DNA of 64,000 nt from an uncultured Acidimicrobiia bacterium (GTDB lineage: Bacteria > Acidobacteriota > Terriglobia > Versatilivoradales > Versatilivoraceae), in contig CAWBAT010000005.1 in assembly GCA_963786955.1 (NCBI GenBank), forward strand, positions 448,001-512,000, given 5' to 3'. This document shows positions 49,801-57,859 of this stretch, piece by piece. Both the position numbers and the translations under genes were made by a program. Positions within the stretch are counted from its first letter, which is position 1; each line of letters begins with the position of its first letter. Below the pieces are notes generated by a model that saw only the letters and a program-made list of their open reading frames with translations, ran no database searches and had not been told where the DNA came from.

Positions 49801-50532
49801 CCACAATCCCATCGGAAAAACCGCGTTGCCGCCCGCCGGCAATCCATCCCAGTGAGGACCGAGAAAATAAGGTGGCTGCGGGAGCCTCGCCGTCTCTAGA
49901 TAATTGTTAAAGGTCCATTCTCCCTTTATGTATTCGAGAAACCCCCGGTCCTTGGGAAGCCAGGGGCACGTCACCTTCACCGCCAGCACGTTCTCGCCTC
50001 CGTAGTTCAAAAGCGTGGTGACGTCAAAGGAAAACGACACGTAGCACCCTTCGTGATCTCCGAGTTTCTTCCCGTTAAGCCACACCGAGGCAAAATAATC
50101 GACTCCTTCAAACACCAACCGCAGAAGTTTCCCCTCATCCGACTTGGACACTTGAAACCGTTTGCGGTACCACCACTCCTGCTCGTTGATGAGAGTCAGA
50201 GCCTTGCTTTGATAGTATAAGTCCATCCCCTTCAACCCCAACTGCAAGGCCACTTCACCGGGCACGGCCACAGTTTTAAAGGAGCGCTCATCAAAGCCTG
50301 CGAGAAAAGGTTCCTGCGACCCTCTTTCATCCAGGGGATAAGAGCCTAATTTCCAGTCCGGTCCGCTCAGCAGCGTCTCGACGCTGCGCGAAATGGGGGC
50401 CTTGACAGCCTGAGCTTCTGCGGGTCGTGCGGATGTGAATAGAATCAGATTGCAGGTAAAGGCCAGAATCGTTCCGAAGGCGCGAAATGCCTTTCGCGCA
50501 ACGCCGATGTAATCGATCGCCTGGATTCTCAT
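46891..50532 (-). CDS. GH2 (beta-mannosidase-like) glycosidase fused to a GATase1-like/DUF1355 domain
   Basis: WWYRKRF, LVFEGVDY, FGIRTV, RNHPSI and FVSEYG; C-terminal YDVVWL..SGGPGSY..EVLPV..GAGRTVAF. Confidence 0.82.
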   Translation of the reverse strand: MRIQAIDYIGVARKAFRAFGTILAFTCNLILFTSARPAEAQAVKAPISRSVETLLSGPDWKLGSYPLDERGSQEPFLAGFDERSFKTVAVPGEVALQLGLKGMDLYYQSKALTLINEQEWWYRKRFQVSKSDEGKLLRLVFEGVDYFASVWLNGKKLGDHEGCYVSFSFDVTTLLNYGGENVLAVKVTCPWLPKDRGFLEYIKGEWTFNNYLETARLPQPPYFLGPHWDGLPAGGNAVFPMGLWRDVKLVSSGAALLDDLFVSTRSINSDKSATLTISGNILNYGKETVSASLDLKLVPQNFSGDPVLLPQKNLTLQPGGNYFDLEVVVPKPQLWWVWDVGKPNLYKAIAALKSTTGGSADQREVTFGIRTVTREKDMSYRLNGVRIFMKGAWYPMGDYFGSKADRPTYVKDLELFKAAYMNHLVAFTVVEKPDFYELCDQMGMMLFLEFPFNQLGPIDLLEPSSPRREPFIKESLGQLRQIVIQLRNHPSIIQWAAFAEAHDKGGGWGFGTEDLNDTAYDAYSNAIGKLVEELVPGTIYHPSLCDLGEQHYWIANAGMGTTGNYSGHFRANTGFVSEYGGIALPGLDSLRKILSPEELWDERNTGLPRWKNLPIDVSAYAYQTSFEYDGLASVIDRATQFVDRHIRSAREFVEGSQLYQAFLFKYATEAYRRKKYHSINGTRIWAYGEVTPGIRFNFLDYYREPKMGYYFLQQAHRPLTLSFAYEEALESQVAGKPLSIPVWVVNDYRREIPLEMSCEILDLQGRRVWEKQFPASIGSDEAKELGVVEWTAVQQAGIYLLRGHLRERGGAQQASNSIWIKVTPSVFARPVKVLLIGQRQYSLPIAKMLQAGGVTVDVVDETSVPLLTRLENPQTIRKDYDVVWLASFDSIWKLLDRKAVAGLKQAIQEGVGFIHSGGPGSYHGGRGIGAALDLVSLDEVLPVALKNRNDLVYGPLRERSASHVQGFSAIREIELTSPNDSGWGEQGLREDGLPGFNEVKMKAEGQLLMKVSGRPLLVTGKFGAGRTVAFTGFTPLYVEQRDNRDPKIVFSYMVDQEFYTQPVTKAYFELFLRMIAAATGEIPAQNIKSVVESRDKPLFETLQDSAPARLSATHRFEGKTLGKKARLSIDLKNGGSFARLVQLRLNWQGEDEQSPVLAVFDENYIDLLPGESKTVAADLILLKEGVSRISGELVIDGSNVEKLQLPIEWPAGQ

Positions 50533-50657
50533 AAGTGCCTCCTGAAGAAACCATGACCCAGATTCCTTCTGACTCCTAATCAGAAATAAACTTCCTCCTC
50601 TTCGTCTAAGGAGGTTGAAAAATTAGCTGAGCCCAGTTAAGCTTTTGGAACTATCCC

Positions 50658-50700
50658 TTGACAAGGATTGTGGTGTATATTAGCCTTGAATCTAATTCAA
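50658..50700 (+). promoter_or_regulatory. Sigma-70 promoter with overlapping palindromic operator
   Basis: TTGACA-17 bp-TAGCCT, overlapped and followed by TTGAATCTAATTCAA (50686-50700). Confidence 0.6.
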
Positions 50701-50808
50701 TACAAAAGTAATTTTAGTGATTATTATTCATTTCAGTCTCCTCATGTTATCTCCAGCTAGCATTCGCGCAGTGGGGTAGAGGTTTAATTCGGTAGGGAAT
50801 GAGTTTGG

Positions 50809-53800
50809 ATGCCTTCTTGGTTTGGAATGAAAACCCTTGGAACGCCATCGAGAACCTCGAATGCCTTCCCGATCGTGGCTATTTGCCTTTGGGTGATGAT
50901 TGCCTTTGCGCTTCCGTTTTCAACATCCGGCAACGCGCTGATTGAGCAGTCCCCTTCGGATCTATTTCCAAAGGTCCACAAAGTCTTCGAAACCCGCTGT
51001 CAGTCTTGTCATAACAATGCCCTCAAGATGTCAGGCTTCTCGTTGGAGTCGGCTGAAGGACTGCGCCAGGGAGGCTCTCATGGCCCCGTCGTCGTACCTG
51101 GAAATATCCAACTCAGCCCCCTCTACCGCAAAATTTCCCGTTTGGAAAAACCGTACATGCCCATGGAAGGGGAGCCGTTACCGGATGCCGAAATTGCCTT
51201 AATTCAGAGCTGGATTGAGCAGGGTGCAATTTGGCCTGAGGCGGTCACCCCTCCGGAGTCCGTTTCGTTGAAGGAGGCTGGGCCCGCTGCGGCGACCGAA
51301 CCCACAAGACCCCAGCAGCTCTCAGCCAATGAGGTTTTTTTTCGAGAAAAAGTTTTCCCTATTTTTTCGAATCGTTGCCTAGATTGCCACAACGACATTC
51401 GCAAGTATTCGGGGTTAAGTCTGGAAACGTACCTGGGATTTCAGAATGGCGGCTGGCACGGCCCGGTTGTCATGCCCGGCAAACCGGAGGAAAGCCGGCT
51501 TTTCCGGCGAATTGCTCGCATCGAGAAAGATTATATGCCGCTGGGTCCCGGAGGAGGACCAGGCGATCCCTTGCCCGCAGAAGAGGTGGCTTTGGTTCGC
51601 CAGTGGATCGTGGAAGGCGCGAGTTGGCCAAAGGAACCTAAAGCTGAAGAAGCCGAGAAAGCACGAATGGCCAGGCTTGTCGAAATCAAGAAATCGGAAG
51701 AGCGGCCCATTCGATCGGAAGAACGGGAGTGGTGGTCTTTTAAAAAACCGATGCAGCCCCCTGTCCCTCAGGCGAGAGAAGCGGGGAGAGTGAAAAATCC
51801 CATTGACGCTTTTATTCAAGCAGCCCTGGAAAAGAAAGGCCTTCGGTCTGCTCCCCCGGCTTCCAAAGAGAACCTCATCCGGCGCGTTTATTTCGACCTA
51901 CTCGGCCTGCCTCCGAAACCGGAAGAGGTTGAGTCGTTTGTAAAAGACACCTCTCCGGACGCGTACGAAAGACTCATTGACCACTTATTGGATTCGGAGC
52001 GCTATGGAGAGCGCTGGGCACGACATTGGCTCGATGTCGTTCGATACGCCGACAGTGATGGATACGAATATGACCGGTTTCGGCCGAATAGCTGGCGCTA
52101 TCGCGATTACGTAATCCGGGCATTCAACGAAGATAAGCCCTACAACCGCTTCATCCTGGAACAATTGGCGGGAGATGAACTGCCTGACCGGAATGATGAT
52201 TCTCTCATTGCGTTGGGATTCTGTCGCAATGGGCCTTTCATTGGGGACATGGTGCTCATGCAAAATGAGATGACCCGTCAGGACGAACTGGATGACATGG
52301 TAACCGCCACGGCGGCCACATTCCTGGGTCTTACTGTCGGGTGTGCACGCTGCCATAACCACAAATATGACCCCATCGGCCAGAAGGACTACTACCGCTT
52401 GGTGGCGGTTTTTTCTCCGAGTGTGCGCAGTGAAATTCCCCTTGCCCCGGCCCATGTCGTCGCGCAGCATGAACAACAGGTCCGTGAACTAGACCGGCAA
52501 ATCGACAGCCTCGAGCAGGCAATACTGGTGATCCAGAAGCCCACGAGGCAGCGCTTGTTGGAAGCCAAATACAAAGAGCTCCCCGAGCCATTGCAGTTGG
52601 CTTTGCGAACCGAGCCGGGTCAGAGAACCGAAGCTCAAAAGAGGCAAGCGGATCAGGTCTTGCTTTCGACAAATGTGAGCGAGACCGATTTATTAGCGGC
52701 TCTAAGCAAAGAAGAACTCAAGAAGGTTGAAGGGCTCAAGGCCAAGATAGACGCATTAGAAAAAGCCAAACCACCCGCCCTGCCTGCGGCCATGGCGATC
52801 ACGGACCCTTCTCCAATTTCGTCGAAGAGTTATTTCCTCCATCGGGGAAGTACCTTGAGCAAGGGCTCCGAGATGCAACCGGGGACGCTTGAAATATTGT
52901 CTGTGCCAGGCCATGAGATCATCTCGCCTAAACCGCTCTCCACGACGCAGACAACCGGACGTCGATTGGCTTTGGCCCGATGGCTCGCGAGTGAGGAGAA
53001 TCCACTGACCGCCAGGGTCATCGTCAATCGGCTCTGGCAATATCATTTTGGAAAAGGATTGGTCGGCACCCCCAACGATTTTGGTCGTATGGGAGAAGCC
53101 CCCACTCATCCGGAGTTGCTCGACTGGCTGGCAACCGAGTTGGTCCGACAAGGGTGGAGCATCAAATCCATGCATCGGCTTATCCTGTCTTCATCCACCT
53201 ACCAGCAATCTTCCAATTACAGCAATCCCGTCAACCAGGAGAAAGATCCCGAAAACCGGCTGCTCTGGAAAATGCACATCAGACGGCTAGAAGGAGAAAT
53301 AATCCGGGACGCCGTGTTGGCTGTCAGCGGTTCTCTCAACCTAAAGGCTGGAGGTCCGGGCATTTTCCCGGAAGTGGACTCCGGACTTATCGAGAGCACC
53401 CCCAAAGAGACTGCGCGCTTGTTGTATCAGCGCTGGCCTGTAACCCGCGACGGTCCTGAGGTCTGGAGGCGAAGTGTGTACATCACCCAAAAGCGCACGA
53501 CCCCCACGCCTATTTTGGATCTCTTTGATCCACCCGACAGCATTTCGTCCTGTCCCAGGCGGAGTAATACAACGGTTGCCCCGCAAGCGTTACAGCTGCT
53601 TAATAGCAAATTCGTTGTCGGCCAGTCCGTGATCTTTGCGGAACGCGTTCGTAACGAAGTAGGAAAAGATCCCCATTCCCAGATCGAAAGAGCCTTTTGG
53701 CTGGCCTTCAGCCGCCCACCTGACTCAAAGGAAATGCAAGTGAGTCTTGACTTCTTGAAGAGTCAGCAAGCGTATCATGGGCGGCATAATAACCAGCTCC

Positions 53801-53907
53801 GGGAGCTTGGAATTGACCCTGCAGAAATCCTTTCCCCTGCCATTGCGGCTCTGGTGGATCTATGTCATTCTTTATTCAATGCGAATGAATTTGTTTTCAT
53901 TAACTGA
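50809..53907 (+). CDS. Planctomycete cytochrome c (x2) + DUF1549 + DUF1553 (PSD1) protein
   Basis: CxxCH at CQSCH, CLDCH and CARCH; WIEQGA, YGERWARHWLDVVRYADS, NPLTARVIVNRLWQ, THPELLDWLA and RRSVY. Confidence 0.9.
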   Translation: MPSWFGMKTLGTPSRTSNAFPIVAICLWVMIAFALPFSTSGNALIEQSPSDLFPKVHKVFETRCQSCHNNALKMSGFSLESAEGLRQGGSHGPVVVPGNIQLSPLYRKISRLEKPYMPMEGEPLPDAEIALIQSWIEQGAIWPEAVTPPESVSLKEAGPAAATEPTRPQQLSANEVFFREKVFPIFSNRCLDCHNDIRKYSGLSLETYLGFQNGGWHGPVVMPGKPEESRLFRRIARIEKDYMPLGPGGGPGDPLPAEEVALVRQWIVEGASWPKEPKAEEAEKARMARLVEIKKSEERPIRSEEREWWSFKKPMQPPVPQAREAGRVKNPIDAFIQAALEKKGLRSAPPASKENLIRRVYFDLLGLPPKPEEVESFVKDTSPDAYERLIDHLLDSERYGERWARHWLDVVRYADSDGYEYDRFRPNSWRYRDYVIRAFNEDKPYNRFILEQLAGDELPDRNDDSLIALGFCRNGPFIGDMVLMQNEMTRQDELDDMVTATAATFLGLTVGCARCHNHKYDPIGQKDYYRLVAVFSPSVRSEIPLAPAHVVAQHEQQVRELDRQIDSLEQAILVIQKPTRQRLLEAKYKELPEPLQLALRTEPGQRTEAQKRQADQVLLSTNVSETDLLAALSKEELKKVEGLKAKIDALEKAKPPALPAAMAITDPSPISSKSYFLHRGSTLSKGSEMQPGTLEILSVPGHEIISPKPLSTTQTTGRRLALARWLASEENPLTARVIVNRLWQYHFGKGLVGTPNDFGRMGEAPTHPELLDWLATELVRQGWSIKSMHRLILSSSTYQQSSNYSNPVNQEKDPENRLLWKMHIRRLEGEIIRDAVLAVSGSLNLKAGGPGIFPEVDSGLIESTPKETARLLYQRWPVTRDGPEVWRRSVYITQKRTTPTPILDLFDPPDSISSCPRRSNTTVAPQALQLLNSKFVVGQSVIFAERVRNEVGKDPHSQIERAFWLAFSRPPDSKEMQVSLDFLKSQQAYHGRHNNQLRELGIDPAEILSPAIAALVDLCHSLFNANEFVFIN

Positions 53908-53916
53908 AAACCCTAG

Positions 53917-53956
53917 AGGGGCGAAGCATCTGTCAGCTGACAGATGCTTCGCCCCT
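53917..53956. repeat. Perfect 40-bp palindrome (REP family of 31855)
   Basis: AGGGGCGAAGCATCTGTCAG|CTGACAGATGCTTCGCCCCT. Confidence 0.85.
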
Positions 53957-53973
53957 AAAAGCAAGGATCGATT

Positions 53974-55410
53974 ATGAGACGTGCCAGTCCTTCAATAAGA
54001 GAGATTCATTCCCGTCGACGATTCCTCTGGGACCTGGGTGGAGGAATTGCGGGCGTGGCACTTTGTGACCTCCTCAACCAGGAGAATTTGCTGGCTGCCC
54101 CAGAAGCAACGATCTCTCCCCTCCTTCCCAAGAAACCACATATTTCGCCCAAAGCGAAATCGGTGATCTCTCTCTTTATGAACGGTGGGACAAGCCATAT
54201 CGACACATTTGATCCAAAGATCGAACTCACGAAGCGGCATCTTGAAGCTCCTCCTGCAAGCCTCAACATCCAGACTTTCTTTCCCAACCCCGGAACTTTC
54301 TTGCAGAGTCCTTTCGCTTTTAAGAAATATGGCCAATCGGGAATCGAGGTCTCTGAACTGTTTGCCCAAACCGCCGAATGCATTGATGAGATCGCCGTGG
54401 TCCGCTCCATGCATGCTTTGAGCAACAATCACACTCCCGCCACCCTTCAGATGATGACCGGATTCATTCAGCCAGGAAGGCCTTGCCTCGGGTCGTGGAG
54501 CATTTACGGCTTAGGCACTGAAAATCAAAACCTGCCTGCTTTTGTGGTTCTTCTGGACAGTATGGGCGGGCCGATGGGCGGCTCGCAGACGTGGAGTTCT
54601 GGCTTTCTATCGGGCGTGTATCAGGGGACTCCATTCCGGAATCATGGAGATCCTATTGTCGATTTGGCCTCCCCGAGGTTTGTCGAACAGGAACAGCAAC
54701 GCAGCCGGCTCGACTTCATCAAGGCTCTGAATCAGCTTCACCTCGAACAGAATGGTTCCGATGCAGAGCTAAATGCCAGGATCGCCTCCTATGAATTGGC
54801 TTTCAGGATGCAAAGTGAAGCCCCCAGCGTGGTCGAACTGTCCCAGGAAACAGCGGCGACCAAAAGACTTTACGGGATGGAGGACCCCCAATGCGAACAC
54901 TTTGGCCGAAATTGTTTATTGGCACGCCGCTTGGTCGAAAAAGGGGTGCGCTTTGTCCAACTCTTCGGAGGAGGCAACGTTCTAGAGGATACCTGGGATG
55001 CCCACTCTAATCTTGAAAAAAATCACCGCAAGCGCGCAGCCGCCATCGACAAGCCGATTCGAGGCCTTCTCACAGATTTAAAGGCTCGAGGAATGCTGGA
55101 TTCGACTTTAGTGGTCTGGCATTCAGAATTCGGACGGCTGCCCATTTCTCAGTCCATCTCAGGGCGGGATCATAGTCCGTATGGGTTTTCGGTTTGGTTT
55201 GCAGGCGGAGGAGTCAAGGGAGGTCAGGTGATCGGAGCAACCGACGAATTTGGTTACCGAGCCGCCATCGATCCTCATACGATCAATGATTTTCACGCCA
55301 CAATTCTTAATCTCCTCGGCCTAGATCACACCCGGCTCACGTATTTCCACAACGGACGAATGCATCGGCTCACGGATGTTGCCGGAGAAGTCATAGGACC
55401 CATCGCTTGA
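53974..55410 (+). CDS. DUF1501 protein (Tat signal)
   Basis: SRRRFL, AKSVISLFMNGGTSHIDTFDPK, YELAFRMQ, WDAH, SEFGR and GRDH. Confidence 0.9.
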   Translation: MRRASPSIREIHSRRRFLWDLGGGIAGVALCDLLNQENLLAAPEATISPLLPKKPHISPKAKSVISLFMNGGTSHIDTFDPKIELTKRHLEAPPASLNIQTFFPNPGTFLQSPFAFKKYGQSGIEVSELFAQTAECIDEIAVVRSMHALSNNHTPATLQMMTGFIQPGRPCLGSWSIYGLGTENQNLPAFVVLLDSMGGPMGGSQTWSSGFLSGVYQGTPFRNHGDPIVDLASPRFVEQEQQRSRLDFIKALNQLHLEQNGSDAELNARIASYELAFRMQSEAPSVVELSQETAATKRLYGMEDPQCEHFGRNCLLARRLVEKGVRFVQLFGGGNVLEDTWDAHSNLEKNHRKRAAAIDKPIRGLLTDLKARGMLDSTLVVWHSEFGRLPISQSISGRDHSPYGFSVWFAGGGVKGGQVIGATDEFGYRAAIDPHTINDFHATILNLLGLDHTRLTYFHNGRMHRLTDVAGEVIGPIA

Positions 55411-55433
55411 ATCGTTCTGAGAATATTCAAGTG

Positions 55434-55544
55434 GGTAGCCACGGCAAGTGCTTTTCTGCGCGACCGCTGTCGCTCGCCGTGGGCTTTTCCGGGCCGAACG
55501 CACAAGCCCACGATGAATTGAAAAACAAATTCATCGTGGCTACC
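55434..55544. repeat. REP doublet (GGTAGCCACG family)
   Basis: GGTAGCCACGG..CCGTGGGCTT and AAGCCCACGATGAATT..AATTCATCGTGGCTACC. Confidence 0.65.
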
Positions 55545-55573
55545 AAGGCAAGATTGTTCCCGAGGACTCGATT

Positions 55574-57838
55574 TCAAAAAATTTCTCCGGACTTTGCGAT
55601 GGTCATCTTACGACCGTATGGAGACTCCCCAAGCACTTTTCCGTCCCGAAACACTTTGAAGCTACTGTACAGCATCTCGACATCAAAAGAATGTCCTCTA
55701 AAGTGGTAGTCTCGCATGACGGCATTTCCATATTCATGATGATAGGCGGGAGAGATCTCAAGGGTCCCGTCGACTTGCGGATTCAACCCGAAGATCCCGA
55801 ATAGAATCGCCTCGATCCCTGCGCCCGATGAGATCTCCAGCGGCATTGAAGACATATCTTGCTCGGCACGATCAGTCCTGGGATTTTGCGGGATATAAGG
55901 GAAGTAATCGATGTAATCCATGAATCGTTTCAAGATGTCCCATCCCAGTTCGGCATGGCCCGTTCGATATAAAGACAGCGCAATTTGCAACGGCATGCCC
56001 GGGTATTGACCGCCTCCACCCCAGTCCGCATCTATCAAGTCCCAGTGGATTCGGTCCTTTTTTGAAATCGAATACATCCCAAATTTCCCCAAGAACTCTC
56101 CTTCCTTAATCTGTGAAATCACGCGTTCCCGCTCGGCGTTGGTGAGAACCGTGGTCCCGAGCAGATCGTACAGATGATAGGAATAGACCAGCTCGCGGCT
56201 TCCGTCAGGAAAGAGGTTATCGAACCATCCGGCTTTTTCATTCCAGAGTTTATGGTGAAAAGAGTGGGAGAGTTGCGCAGCGTAGCGTTCGAACTTTTCA
56301 GCTTCGGGATCCTTTTTTTCTTTTCCCCACGTGGCCAAATGCTGATAGAGCCAAACCGTCAGGCCATTCATTACAGGGACCACATGGCAATAACCGTCCG
56401 TGCGAATTTCTACAATTTTTTCGGTATTTAATCCGACATCAATCAATCCGTCCTCCGGCCGGGCATATTCATCATGTAAAACGATTCCCCATTTCTTCAT
56501 CCATTCATAAATGGTTAACCCTTCCAGCTTGTAGTCCAGGAACGCGACATCCCCAGTCTGTTTGAGATAGGCGTTCAGCATCATGAGCAACGCGAAAGGC
56601 TCCTGCAAATAAAGGATATCCCCTTCGGCGCCGCGTGGACTGATGTAGGTCCGTTTCATTTTCCCTTCTTTGAACGGAATGATAATGGCTTCACGCATGC
56701 TCTTCGGGTCCAGCATACTCAAGACATTTGCGCTGAAGGAATTGTCCCAGGTAATCGTGAAGATCCAAGTACCCACCGCCCAGAAAGGATTTAGGTTGAA
56801 TTCATCCCGCTCCCAACGGCATTCCATGACGCTCAGGAGGCAGCGGTTGTAAAACTCCTGCAGCTTAGGATAGTTGCTCGTTACGATTGGAAGACGGTCG
56901 GCGGCCCAGCGCAAGCGTGCTCGCGTATCCTGGTCGGCTTGCTTCATGCGTTCGGGAATATCGTTTTGATACAATTCAGGGGCTTTGTCTGTGGCCGATT
57001 GAAGGAGAAAGGCAAAAGTGGCAGTCGCCGATCCGGAAGGAGGAACCGTCCAGTCCCAGCCTTTTTCTGTTCGCTGGGTTAATGTGCTCACCAAGCTGAT
57101 TCTCACCTGTTCACTTTCCAGTAGGAAGGGACCTTGCTTCTTCACTACGGCTGAACCTTCCGCCGTTTCCTTGGCCAGCCGTGTCGCATTTTGCTTCGGA
57201 AGGAGGGTCAGTTCGAGTGGCTCATTTCTTCGGTTTGTGATTTTGACTTCCAGATAGATCTCATCAAACCGAGCAGAAACGGAGGCTTTTGTTTCCATGG
57301 CAAAGGACACCCAGCGGCCATTGTAGATTTTGTGGAATGTTCCGGTGCGGTGGTAAAGATTCGGCTGCCAGATCTCGTCCTGACTGACCAGCACAGTCGG
57401 AGAATTGGGTCGAAAGTTTGAACCCAGCGGATCAAAGCTCTTCCCATGATTCAAGTAGTCCTTCCACATATCCGCAACATCGTCCTGGATCAACGTACCG
57501 CTCTTCTTGTCCAGAAAATCCAGGTTGAAGTTGTAATCCGGGCAATTGATGGGAAGAAAGAAAATATTGTGCAGACCGGTGAGTGTATATTCCTGTACAT
57601 AAACTGCGCCACGTCCATTAAACAACCGCAACTGGTCGTCTGTGAAAGCCATTTGGGCCCGCGGCATCCGCAGCATCTCAGGAGTGAGGATGTGAGGAAT
57701 CGAGTTGGAGATCGTGTTCGATGGATCTAGGCTGGACTCGGCTCCTGCACTTCCCATACCCAAAATCGAAATGAATACCACGATGGCCCAGCACACGAAG
57801 CTTTGGTTCGTTTCATTTTGCCGGCTCTTTGAGTTCAT
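55574..57838 (-). CDS. Exported (alpha/alpha)6-barrel glycosidase (GH63/GH37/MGH1-like)
   Basis: Signal-like segment; TWDNSF, LWNEKAGWF, FGMYSISK and helical C-terminal barrel. Exact family not assignable by eye. Confidence 0.65.
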   Translation of the reverse strand: MNSKSRQNETNQSFVCWAIVVFISILGMGSAGAESSLDPSNTISNSIPHILTPEMLRMPRAQMAFTDDQLRLFNGRGAVYVQEYTLTGLHNIFFLPINCPDYNFNLDFLDKKSGTLIQDDVADMWKDYLNHGKSFDPLGSNFRPNSPTVLVSQDEIWQPNLYHRTGTFHKIYNGRWVSFAMETKASVSARFDEIYLEVKITNRRNEPLELTLLPKQNATRLAKETAEGSAVVKKQGPFLLESEQVRISLVSTLTQRTEKGWDWTVPPSGSATATFAFLLQSATDKAPELYQNDIPERMKQADQDTRARLRWAADRLPIVTSNYPKLQEFYNRCLLSVMECRWERDEFNLNPFWAVGTWIFTITWDNSFSANVLSMLDPKSMREAIIIPFKEGKMKRTYISPRGAEGDILYLQEPFALLMMLNAYLKQTGDVAFLDYKLEGLTIYEWMKKWGIVLHDEYARPEDGLIDVGLNTEKIVEIRTDGYCHVVPVMNGLTVWLYQHLATWGKEKKDPEAEKFERYAAQLSHSFHHKLWNEKAGWFDNLFPDGSRELVYSYHLYDLLGTTVLTNAERERVISQIKEGEFLGKFGMYSISKKDRIHWDLIDADWGGGGQYPGMPLQIALSLYRTGHAELGWDILKRFMDYIDYFPYIPQNPRTDRAEQDMSSMPLEISSGAGIEAILFGIFGLNPQVDGTLEISPAYHHEYGNAVMRDYHFRGHSFDVEMLYSSFKVFRDGKVLGESPYGRKMTIAKSGEIF

Positions 57839-57859
57839 GTTTTCTTTGTCCTTATCCAC

